Sequence record: QB031381.1
DNA: 44,356 bases
Origin: a phage
Direction: 5' to 3' (one strand)
A program made the position numbers and the translations under genes. The first letter of the stretch is position 1. The number at the start of each line of letters is the position of its first letter. Positions 1-8,515 of this stretch are shown piece by piece. The notes beneath the pieces are model-generated. The model was not told the DNA's origin and did not search any database. It worked only from the letters and a program-made list of their open reading frames with translations.

Positions 1-1062
1 CAACGCGCTCAAGCGGCCCTAAACAAGCTGATCGCCGACAATGAGCAGTTAATCGCTGCGAGCAAAGAAAGAGCGCTAACGGCAGCCGAAAAGCAGCAGA
101 TGGTGGAATTTGGACGCGTGAAGGAAGTGCGCGAGCAGATCGTCGAAGAAGCCAAATTGCTGGACGCGAAAGAGAGGCAGGTTAAGGCGCACGCGCAGAT
201 CGATGCCTTCGTTAAGAACCAGAACGCCGAACTAAAAGCCACCGCCGCGGGCTATGCGCTTTCCACTCGCGAAGCGGCAAACCTGCGCGAAGAATTGCAG
301 CTAATTGACCGCCTGAAGCGGGTTGGCGCTAACGATACCGATATTGACAAGGCGGTGTCTAAGCTGCGGGAAGTGCAGGAAGCACAGACCGGCGCTAACG
401 CCTCGTTATGGGATGGATTCAGTCGCGGGCTTAAGGATAGCGTGGATGAGATGGGTAACGGATATACGCAGATGGAGTCTCTCACGAAATTCACATTCAG
501 CGCTATGCAGGACACGATGAACGAGTTTTTCGAGACTGGCAAGCTGAACGCAAAGGATATGGTTAAGTCCATCCTGAGCGAATTAATCAAGCTGGCTACC
601 TCGCAGGCGTTCAAGTCCATCGTTAGCGCTTTCGGTGGTGACGGCGGCAAAAACGGATTGTTCGGCGCTATCTTCTCTGGCCTTACTAAGAATGCGGACG
701 GCGGAGCGTACGCAGGAGGCAATCTCGCGGCCTATTCGGGGAAAGTGGTAAGCCAGCCTACCTTTTTCAGTTATGGCGTCCAGGCGTTCGCTAAGGGCGC
801 TGGGTTGATGGGGGAGGCTGGACCCGAGGCCATCATGCCACTGAAGCGCGGGCCGGACGGGAAACTGGGCGTTGCCGCGTCTGGCGCAGGCGGTGGTATG
901 GTCGTGACGACTAACGTTTACACGGGGACCGGTAAGACGGATACCAGTGTTGGCGGGCCGGACCCACGTACCGCGCAGGCGTTCGGCAAGCAAATCACCG
1001 AGGCGGTGAAGGCCGAGATCGTGAAGGCGACGAAACCGGGTGGTGTACTTTACAAACGATGA
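1..1062 (+). CDS. Tail tape measure protein, C-terminal portion (5' partial; reading frame open from base 1)
   Basis: The frame of ORF 100..1062 has no stop back to position 1. It follows the G/G-T chaperone genes and precedes M/L/K/I/J-like genes. It is in phase with the 3'-truncated ORF 42776..44356. Confidence 0.75.
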   Translation, partial: QRAQAALNKLIADNEQLIAASKERALTAAEKQQMVEFGRVKEVREQIVEEAKLLDAKERQVKAHAQIDAFVKNQNAELKATAAGYALSTREAANLREELQLIDRLKRVGANDTDIDKAVSKLREVQEAQTGANASLWDGFSRGLKDSVDEMGNGYTQMESLTKFTFSAMQDTMNEFFETGKLNAKDMVKSILSELIKLATSQAFKSIVSAFGGDGGKNGLFGAIFSGLTKNADGGAYAGGNLAAYSGKVVSQPTFFSYGVQAFAKGAGLMGEAGPEAIMPLKRGPDGKLGVAASGAGGGMVVTTNVYTGTGKTDTSVGGPDPRTAQAFGKQITEAVKAEIVKATKPGGVLYKR

Positions 1063-1098
1063 TAAAATGGCCCCCACATCCATCGTGGGGGATTTTCT

Positions 1099-1698
1099 AT
1101 GGCACAAGGTACAATCACACTAACGAACGGAAGTAAGACCGTCACGGGCGCGGGAACGGCGTTCTTGAGCGAGGTCGGGAAGGTACGCGTATTCGCCCGC
1201 ATCGACGGCAACGACTACACCGGAAAAATTGCGGCATTCAACTCTAACACCGTCATCACTCTGGTGGATAACTGGGCCGGTCCAACGAAATCCGGTGCGG
1301 TATATGAGCTAATCGAAGCACACGACCCGCGATCAAACGAATGGCCCTATTACTGGCACATGCAATTGCAAGGCGGCGGAGACGTGCAGTTGGCTTTCCG
1401 GTCCGAGGAATTGCAATTCGGTAACGGTTACGGACAGAACATTGCGGACGGCCCGAACGCCGAAACGAAACAGTTCCCCGTGCAATTCATAGGACTGACT
1501 ACCGACAAGTGGTGCGACCCTAAACTGGTTTACAACTTCCTTCGCGGGCACTTCGTAAAACCATTCATCGTCACCGCGCCGGATGGCGAAACAGGTTTAT
1601 TCGTGGTCGAGCGCTCGAGCTTGTCGTACACTGACAACGGACACTACACGGCAACGGTATCCGCCACCCTTAAGACTGCTATCGGGTTTGTAAGATGA
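1099..1698 (+). CDS. Minor tail protein (gpM position)
   Basis: 199-aa ORF directly after the tape measure gene. Its N-terminus (MAQGTITLTNGSKTVTGAGTAF) resembles the tail fibre N-terminus at 8516. Confidence 0.55.
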   Translation: MAQGTITLTNGSKTVTGAGTAFLSEVGKVRVFARIDGNDYTGKIAAFNSNTVITLVDNWAGPTKSGAVYELIEAHDPRSNEWPYYWHMQLQGGGDVQLAFRSEELQFGNGYGQNIADGPNAETKQFPVQFIGLTTDKWCDPKLVYNFLRGHFVKPFIVTAPDGETGLFVVERSSLSYTDNGHYTATVSATLKTAIGFVR

Positions 1699-2483
1699 AT
1701 AAATTATATCGTGAGGCGACGCGCTTTGACCCATCGGGCCGCGTTCGCCTGATTCACATTGACGCGCAGGACGTGGAACCAGGAGACGGTGCGATCGGCG
1801 CGGGCCACCACTATTTTCATTACTGCTTTATCCCACACACTGCCGAGGATATTGCTGCCGCTGGGGGTGACGAGGACAAGCTGAAGCCTAAATCCATCTT
1901 CTTCGGCGGGCAGGAGTTCGAATTTTGGCCCTTTGATTTGTCCGGCCTCAACTTCTCCACGTCAACGGCAGCGGAACCGCAGCTGACCATTGTCGATATT
2001 GGCGGCATAATCACCAGGCTGTCGCTGAACCACGACCAGCTACTGGGGGCGAAGGTTGAGATCATTGATACGTTCGCGAAGTTCCTGGACAACGGGACAG
2101 ACCCAGACCCGACGCAGAAACGAGTCCAGGAGTATTACATCGACTCGCAGGTCGGGCGCAATCCGGGCAAGCAAATCACCTTCGCACTATCCTCACCCGC
2201 GGATATGGAAGGGCAGGTCGTTCCCCGTCGCCAAATCATGAATATGTGCGAATGGGCGCTCAACGGGAAGTACGCCAGCGGGGACGGGTGCACATGGAAC
2301 CTTGCGAAGCCTGGGATCAAGTATTACGACGAGCGGGGTAATGAAGTAATTGCGATGAATATGGACCGATGCGGAGGCTGTCTATCCGACTGCTATCTTC
2401 GTTTCGGGCAAGGGCTTGCAGACCCTAAAGCTGCGGTGCTGGACTTCGGTGGTTTTCCAGGGTCCAAATTAATCAAGGGGTAG
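1695..2483 (+). CDS. Minor tail protein L-like
   Basis: 262 aa in the gpL position, start overlapping the upstream stop. C-terminal Cys cluster (CGGCLSDC) as in Fe-S-containing gpL-type proteins. Confidence 0.6.
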   Translation: MNKLYREATRFDPSGRVRLIHIDAQDVEPGDGAIGAGHHYFHYCFIPHTAEDIAAAGGDEDKLKPKSIFFGGQEFEFWPFDLSGLNFSTSTAAEPQLTIVDIGGIITRLSLNHDQLLGAKVEIIDTFAKFLDNGTDPDPTQKRVQEYYIDSQVGRNPGKQITFALSSPADMEGQVVPRRQIMNMCEWALNGKYASGDGCTWNLAKPGIKYYDERGNEVIAMNMDRCGGCLSDCYLRFGQGLADPKAAVLDFGGFPGSKLIKG

Positions 2484-2485
2484 CC

Positions 2486-3226
2486 ATGTTAACGAAAAAG
2501 GTTAAAAGCGATATCGCCGCGCACGTTGCGGCATGTCTGCCGGAAGAAGCCTGTGGGCTGGTTGTCATGGTGGGCCGCAAACAAGTATTTGTCCCGTGCC
2601 CGAACGTATTCGAAGACCCTACCGGCGTGCGCTCACGCAAAGACGCGTTCACGATTAGTGATATGGCCTGGATGGATGCGGAGGATATGGGCGACGTCGT
2701 GCGCGTAGTCCACTCGCATCCAGGCCAGCGAGAGCTTACCCCATCACTGGGCGACGTTAACGGATGCAACGGCAGCGGCGTAGTCTGGGCCATCACTAAC
2801 GAATATGGCGACTTTATCGAGATCGACCCTGAAGATCCTCCGCTGGTGGGGCGTCGATTTGTTCTCGGAATTACGGATTGTTACGGCCTCGTCATGGACT
2901 GGCACAAAAAGCAGGGAGTAAGCCTGCCTGACTTCCGCGTGCCGTATAACTGGTGGGAGACAGGCGAGAATCTGTATATGGATAATTGGTACGGCGCGGG
3001 CTTCAGGGAGTGTGAGGAAAATACGCCGGGGGCGATGGTTATCATGCAGATCAGCGCGCCAGTACCTAACCATGCCGGGATATTCCTTCCGGGCAACCAA
3101 CTACTCCACCATATCTACGGCAGCCTGTCGAGCGTGATACCCTTCCGGTCGGGATTTTTCCGGGACAATGTGGTTAAATGGGTACGTCATAAAGACCTAC
3201 CGGGGAATATAACAGAATGGCAATGA
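2486..3226 (+). CDS. Tail assembly protein K-like (MPN/JAB plus NlpC/P60-type)
   Basis: HSHP metal-binding motif with an upstream Glu (EEACG...VVHSHPG), then a C-terminal Cys/His segment (ITDCYG...DWH). Sits in the gpK position. Confidence 0.65.
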   Translation: MLTKKVKSDIAAHVAACLPEEACGLVVMVGRKQVFVPCPNVFEDPTGVRSRKDAFTISDMAWMDAEDMGDVVRVVHSHPGQRELTPSLGDVNGCNGSGVVWAITNEYGDFIEIDPEDPPLVGRRFVLGITDCYGLVMDWHKKQGVSLPDFRVPYNWWETGENLYMDNWYGAGFRECEENTPGAMVIMQISAPVPNHAGIFLPGNQLLHHIYGSLSSVIPFRSGFFRDNVVKWVRHKDLPGNITEWQ

Positions 3227-3834
3227 CCACATTTAAATTATACGGCGTTTTAGGACGTCGATTCGGTAAAGTGCATAAGCTGGACTGCTTCACTCCGGGC
3301 GAGGGTATCACCGGCCTGTGCGTGAAGTTACCCGGCTTACAGGACTTTCTAATGTCGGCCCACCTTGACAATATGATGTTCAAGGTGCGCAAAGGCGACC
3401 ACACGATGACCGGCTATGATGAGCTGGGCGAGTTCCACGGCAACCGCGTCGTTACCATCGCGCCAGTTATGACTGGCGCAAAAAGGGGATTGGGACAATT
3501 GCTGGCTGGTGTCGCGATTGTGGTGGCGTCGTTCTATACGGGCGGACTTGCTACTGCCGCTTTCGGGGCTTCGGCGGCAACCGCTGCCGCAATCGGGACG
3601 GCGACGTTTTCGTTCGGCATGTCGCTTGCGCTGGGCGGTGCTATGCAATTGCTGTCCCCACAGCCAAAAGGATTGCAGACCCGGCAGGACGTGGATAACA
3701 AAGCGTCGTACGCGTTCGGCGGGCCAGTGAATACAACCGCGCAAGGCACGGCACTTGGTGTATTATGGGGAGAGCGTGAGATCGGCGGCGCTATTATTTC
3801 AGCCGGAATCGTAACCGAGGACTTGAACGAATGA
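3217..3834 (+). CDS. Tail assembly protein I-like
   Basis: 205 aa with a Gly/Ala-rich hydrophobic C-terminal half. Position between K-like and J-like genes. Confidence 0.55.
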   Translation: MAMTTFKLYGVLGRRFGKVHKLDCFTPGEGITGLCVKLPGLQDFLMSAHLDNMMFKVRKGDHTMTGYDELGEFHGNRVVTIAPVMTGAKRGLGQLLAGVAIVVASFYTGGLATAAFGASAATAAAIGTATFSFGMSLALGGAMQLLSPQPKGLQTRQDVDNKASYAFGGPVNTTAQGTALGVLWGEREIGGAIISAGIVTEDLNE

Positions 3835-6800
3835 CGATTGTATACGACGTCACAGGCCATAAAGGCGGCGGAGGCAAACAGCACACCCCACAGGAGACGC
3901 CAGATAGCCTGCATTCGCTGGCTAAAATCCGCATCTTGCTTGCGCTGGGGGAAGGGGAATTCGAAGGCATTACGAGCGCCAGCGAATTACGGCAGCGCGT
4001 ATATCTGGACGGAACACCGATCCAGAACGCAGACCTGTCCGAAAACTTCCCCGGAGCGCGCGTGGAGTTCCGCCCCGGCACACAGCACCAAGATGTGATC
4101 CACGGATTTTCAGCGGTGGAAAGTGAGCAATCCGTCGGTGTAAAACTGGAAAACGGTACGCCGTGGGTGCGCCAGATCAACGATACCAGTCTTGACGCCG
4201 TGCGCGTTCGCGTCGGCATTCCTGCCCTGTACACTAGCGAAGATAATGGCGACCTGGTGGGCGGGCGCATCGACTATAAGATCGTTGTGTATACGGATAA
4301 CGCCGACCCGCGTGAGTTTACCTTCGCTGCCGTTGGTAAAACAATGTCGTTATACGAGCGCGATCACCGCATCGAGCTACCGCCGAACGTTAACACCGGC
4401 TGGCGCGTGGAGGTGCACCGCATAACGGCAGACTCCACATCGGCAAAAGTGGTTAACGATATCCAGGTGCAATCTATTACTGAGATTATCGACGCCCGTC
4501 TTCGCTACCCGCTAACCGCGCTGTTGTTCGTGGAGTTCGACGCTAAAGCGTTCCAGAACATCCCGCGCGTGTCCATCAAGTGCAAAGGCCGCAAAGTTCT
4601 AATACCGAACAACTACGACCCGATCAATCATACCTATTCGGGGGACTGGGACGGCACATTCAAACGCGCATGGACGGATAACCCTGCGTGGCACTGGTAC
4701 GATATCTGTATTACTGAGCGCTTCGGCCTCGGTCGCCGGATCAAACCGCAAATGCTGAACCGGTACGCGCTCTACCAGATCGCGCAGCGCTGCGATCAGT
4801 TGGTCAGCGACGGCAACGGCGGACGGGAAATCCGATTTAAGAATGATATGTACATCCAGTCGCAGACAGACGCCTGGACCGTGCTTAAGGATTTAGCTGC
4901 CATCTTCGCCGGGATGACCTGGTGGGGAAACCAAATGTTGAATATCGTCAGTGACCAACCGGTCGCAGCAGTGTCTCACACTATCACCAACGCCTCGGTT
5001 ATTGATGGTCGATTCGACTACGCATCTGGCAGCCAGAAAACGCGGTACTCCACTTTCGCGGTAGCATACGGCAACCCGAAAAACCACTATGATGACGCTA
5101 TCGCAACGGGCCAGCGCGTCGAACTGGTGCGCCGCCATAAGATTAACCGTCTTGATATAACGGCGATCGGCTGTACGCGCGAATCTGAAGCGCAACGCCG
5201 CGGACACTGGGCGCTAATCTCCAACCAGTTGGACCAGCAGGTCAGCTTTAAGGTTGGCATGGAGGGGCTATTCTTTATTCCTGGTAGCGTAGTCGCGATC
5301 GCGGATACTAATATTTCTGGCGGATTCGAGACTCGCGGCGGTCGCCTGTTGTCAGACCCTGGCACGCGTACCGTGCTTAATACAGACAGCGAAATCACAT
5401 TCCGCCCTGGTGATAAGTTCTTGGTGCGCACTGATAGCGGAAATGTGGAGACTCGCGAGATCGCCAGCGTCAACGGCAACAAGGTCACGCTAAAAACCGC
5501 ACTGGATGCCGACCCGATTCCAGACCAGCCGTTTTGCGTTGATGGCGACGATATCCAGTTGCAAAAATTCCGCATAACCGACCTGGAATATGACGACTCT
5601 ACCAGCACTTTCTCGGTGCGCGGGATTGAATACAACGATAGCAAGTATGATGCCGTTGATAATGGCGCTCGCCTTGATCCTGGTATCTTCACGCAAGTGC
5701 CAGACGGTGTAATGAAGGGGCCGGAATCCGTTACCATCACCCCGTCGCAGATCTCATCGCAAGGCCAGCTAATCACCAACGTGGATATTGTTTTCCCGCC
5801 GGTGAAGGATGCCGTGGTGTATGAAATCCAGTGGCGGCGTACAAGCCTGCAGAATATGGCGATCCAGTGGGGTAACGACTGGGTGAATATCCCGCGCACG
5901 GCGTCGAATGGGGCGCACATTCCTAACGTGTTCTCCGGAAACTATCAGGCGCGCGTCCGTGCGATAGGTATGGGCGAAATCTCGTCCCCGTGGGTGTCGT
6001 CCGCCATCACGCCGGTGGAAGGTCGCCTCGGTGGGCTTAACGCACCAATCATCACCAACGCGATTTCGGGTCTGCATCAAATTCTATGGAAGTGGAACCA
6101 CAACAACGCCGCGACGGATATCTCATACACCGAGCTTGAAGTGCGCAAGACTGGTGAGACGGAATGGAAATTCTTAACAAACGTACCATACCCCGGCGCG
6201 GAGTATGCGCAAACGTCGCTGGAGTTCGGAATTTACCAGCAGTTGCGCGCCCGTGTAGCGGATAAAATCGGCAACCTGTCGGACTGGTCGGCCCCGTTTG
6301 AAGGGCAGGTGAGTGACAAAGTTGACGAGTACATGAAGGGGCTTGATGACGAGTTCTTGACATCCGAGGATGGTAAACGCTTCCAGGAAGCAATCGACAC
6401 GATCCCGCAGGGTATTTACGAGGCGATGCTCACCGACGCGCAGCAATTGTTCAACGCCCGCGCCGAGTACAAGGGTATTTATGCGGAAATCAAGGTGGCG
6501 TATAACGTGGCGGCGGACGCCCACAAGGCGGTAGCTCAACTGGAAACGTTGATCGGCACGCGACTTGACGATGCGGAAGCGGCGATCCACACGTTGCAGA
6601 CAGCGCAAAGCACGCACGAGCAAGCCTTCGCCCAGTACCAGCAAACTGTTGCCGCTAAGTTCGGGGAACAGGAAGCTGCCATCCAGCAGGTACAAACGGC
6701 AACGGCAGACGTAGCGGGCGCGCTGGCGGAGTACAAGACCCAGGTCGCGGCACAGTTCGGTCAGCAGTCCGCCGCTATCGAGCAGAAGATGACGTCCACG

Positions 6801-7253
6801 TTTAACCATGCCGGTGGCAACGCCACATACAGCCTTAAGGCGGGCGTGACGTATAACGGGACTTACTACGATGCCGGTATGCAGCTTTCAGTTGTTGCGG
6901 AAGGTGGCGCGGTTAAATCCCGCATCGCGTTCAAGGCGGACCAGTTCTACATCATGCACCCATCTAACGGGTCGCTTTCGTCCGCGTTTATCGTAGACGG
7001 CGGCGCGGTGTATATTGACACGGCACGCATCAAAGACGCGACTATCAACTTCGCGCAGATCACGGACACGCTGCAATCGAATAACTATGACGGTTACTCG
7101 CGTGGTTGGCGCTTAGGGAAAGACGGAACGTTTATCAACCTGGGCACAGGTAGCGGTGGCGGGGCGATGAAAATGACGAATGATACAATCAGCGTCAAGG
7201 ATTCGAACGGAGTTTTGCGAGTTCAGCTTGGTAAAATCACTGGCAGTTGGTAG
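3831..7253 (+). CDS. Central tail fibre / host specificity protein (gpJ-like)
   Basis: 1140-aa ORF following M/L/K/I-like genes; size and position typical of lambda J-type tip proteins. Confidence 0.8.
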   Translation: MTIVYDVTGHKGGGGKQHTPQETPDSLHSLAKIRILLALGEGEFEGITSASELRQRVYLDGTPIQNADLSENFPGARVEFRPGTQHQDVIHGFSAVESEQSVGVKLENGTPWVRQINDTSLDAVRVRVGIPALYTSEDNGDLVGGRIDYKIVVYTDNADPREFTFAAVGKTMSLYERDHRIELPPNVNTGWRVEVHRITADSTSAKVVNDIQVQSITEIIDARLRYPLTALLFVEFDAKAFQNIPRVSIKCKGRKVLIPNNYDPINHTYSGDWDGTFKRAWTDNPAWHWYDICITERFGLGRRIKPQMLNRYALYQIAQRCDQLVSDGNGGREIRFKNDMYIQSQTDAWTVLKDLAAIFAGMTWWGNQMLNIVSDQPVAAVSHTITNASVIDGRFDYASGSQKTRYSTFAVAYGNPKNHYDDAIATGQRVELVRRHKINRLDITAIGCTRESEAQRRGHWALISNQLDQQVSFKVGMEGLFFIPGSVVAIADTNISGGFETRGGRLLSDPGTRTVLNTDSEITFRPGDKFLVRTDSGNVETREIASVNGNKVTLKTALDADPIPDQPFCVDGDDIQLQKFRITDLEYDDSTSTFSVRGIEYNDSKYDAVDNGARLDPGIFTQVPDGVMKGPESVTITPSQISSQGQLITNVDIVFPPVKDAVVYEIQWRRTSLQNMAIQWGNDWVNIPRTASNGAHIPNVFSGNYQARVRAIGMGEISSPWVSSAITPVEGRLGGLNAPIITNAISGLHQILWKWNHNNAATDISYTELEVRKTGETEWKFLTNVPYPGAEYAQTSLEFGIYQQLRARVADKIGNLSDWSAPFEGQVSDKVDEYMKGLDDEFLTSEDGKRFQEAIDTIPQGIYEAMLTDAQQLFNARAEYKGIYAEIKVAYNVAADAHKAVAQLETLIGTRLDDAEAAIHTLQTAQSTHEQAFAQYQQTVAAKFGEQEAAIQQVQTATADVAGALAEYKTQVAAQFGQQSAAIEQKMTSTFNHAGGNATYSLKAGVTYNGTYYDAGMQLSVVAEGGAVKSRIAFKADQFYIMHPSNGSLSSAFIVDGGAVYIDTARIKDATINFAQITDTLQSNNYDGYSRGWRLGKDGTFINLGTGSGGGAMKMTNDTISVKDSNGVLRVQLGKITGSW

Positions 7254-7278
7254 CACAGGGGTCCGTAAGGACCCCTCT
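7254..7278. terminator. GC-rich hairpin between convergent genes (putative bidirectional terminator)
   Basis: AGGGGTCC-GTAA-GGACCCCT stem-loop immediately after the J stop and before the stop of minus-strand ORF 7280..7945. No clear U-tract. Confidence 0.4.
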
Positions 7279-7279
7279 A

Positions 7280-7945
7280 TCAGTCATATTTAGTGGCATC
7301 TATCACAAGTATGGATGGCGAGTAATAAATGCCAAGCGGCCCCGGTGTGTGGGCTACTTGCTTAGATATCGAATAAATACTTGTCCCGGATGCGCCGGAT
7401 TGTGACTCGTAGATCGCGTGCCCGCCAATCTGAGGGGTGGGAACCGAGTTTATTGCCGTTTGTTGTGGTGATACAGCACATGTATACCCCAAATTAACAT
7501 CAAAAGACAGACCGTTTATCGGTATTTGGTGGGCCTCCAACGGCAACATTTTCCCGTGGTACACCATATCACCCGCAGAATTATAGAATGCGATCCCGTA
7601 GTCCCCCGGCGGTGTAACCATATCACTAAAAGCATAAACCTTAATCCATCCGGGGTTGTCGGTCTTGTCTAGCCGGAGAGCATGATAACCCCCGTTATTT
7701 ATGTGAGTGAATGCGGAGTACGCGCGCCCGCCCATCCTCACAAAGAAAAAGCACACGCGATCGAATGGTATTGGCGTTGTAAAAACAGAACCGCTATATA
7801 CACCCATATCACCGCGACTTATTAAATTAACAGGCGTAAATTCCGGGCTTAACCAAAGGGACCCATCTGGCTTTACAATCTGCATTCCGTACATGCTACC
7901 CCCAATACGTATATATAAATCTTGATACCCCAGCGTTAAAGCCAC
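7280..7945 (-). CDS. Hypothetical protein (GTG start; Gly/Tyr/Ser-rich)
   Basis: 221-aa ORF; the in-frame start at 7945 is GTG and overlaps the upstream ORF by 50 nt. Possibly the 3' part of a frameshifted gene. Confidence 0.4.
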   Translation of the reverse strand: MALTLGYQDLYIRIGGSMYGMQIVKPDGSLWLSPEFTPVNLISRGDMGVYSGSVFTTPIPFDRVCFFFVRMGGRAYSAFTHINNGGYHALRLDKTDNPGWIKVYAFSDMVTPPGDYGIAFYNSAGDMVYHGKMLPLEAHQIPINGLSFDVNLGYTCAVSPQQTAINSVPTPQIGGHAIYESQSGASGTSIYSISKQVAHTPGPLGIYYSPSILVIDATKYD

Positions 7946-8189
7946 TCCATGAAACAGTGTTATCGCTTACGGATATTGATGGCGCACCCCATGATGTGCC
8001 GCTCCATGTATGAGTCCCTACATATCCCGCCTTTAAACTTTTCCCCGGCGGCCGGTTGTAGTATGTCTTACTCCCGGATGGTTGCGTGAATTTGTCAAGG
8101 AAAAAAACCGGCGTTAGCAGGCCGGTAACATCTCGGCCTTGTCCGTCATAAATCGCGAACCCGTAGTTACTCACTTTTACACTCCACAA
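7896..8189 (-). CDS. Hypothetical protein
   Basis: 97-aa ORF overlapping the stop of the lipoprotein gene and the start of 7280..7945. Confidence 0.35.
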   Translation of the reverse strand: MWSVKVSNYGFAIYDGQGRDVTGLLTPVFFLDKFTQPSGSKTYYNRPPGKSLKAGYVGTHTWSGTSWGAPSISVSDNTVSWSGFNAGVSRFIYTYWG

Positions 8190-8436
8190 TTTTGAATTTA
8201 TCTTCGTTTTGCCATCTATGAACGAAAGTTACAAATTTCTGTGACGGGGATACCCGGTATTGTTTTTCTCCAAATCTATTTTCACGCACAGCGTTTAGTT
8301 TAACAGGATAGCTATCGTTTACAGGGAATGTTTTAACAACATATTGGCCTACGCAATCGACAGCCTTGTAGTTGCCGTCTTGTGACGCTGAGCAACCCGC
8401 CAAAAGAACCGCACAAATCATAATTAAGGTTTTCAT
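8167..8436 (-). CDS. Small lipoprotein (candidate Cor/Llp-like superinfection exclusion protein)
   Basis: N-terminal signal peptide with lipobox LLAGC (MKTLIMICAVLLAGCSAS), 89 aa. Encoded antisense between the J-like gene and the tail fibre gene. Confidence 0.55.
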   Translation of the reverse strand: MKTLIMICAVLLAGCSASQDGNYKAVDCVGQYVVKTFPVNDSYPVKLNAVRENRFGEKQYRVSPSQKFVTFVHRWQNEDKFKIVECKSE

Positions 8437-8515
8437 GGTATCATCTCCTATATTTGGTTGAGTTTAGTATTACACCGCTCGACCAGGATTGCAACCAATT
8501 TATGAGGATTCAGCT

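Noticed and set aside
5087-5920. Long antisense ORFs inside the J-like gene (5087..5920 and 6174..6809, minus strand)
   Set aside because: They lie entirely within a long, well-supported coding region on the opposite strand and have no RBS or operon context. They are typical shadow ORFs in GC-rich sequence.
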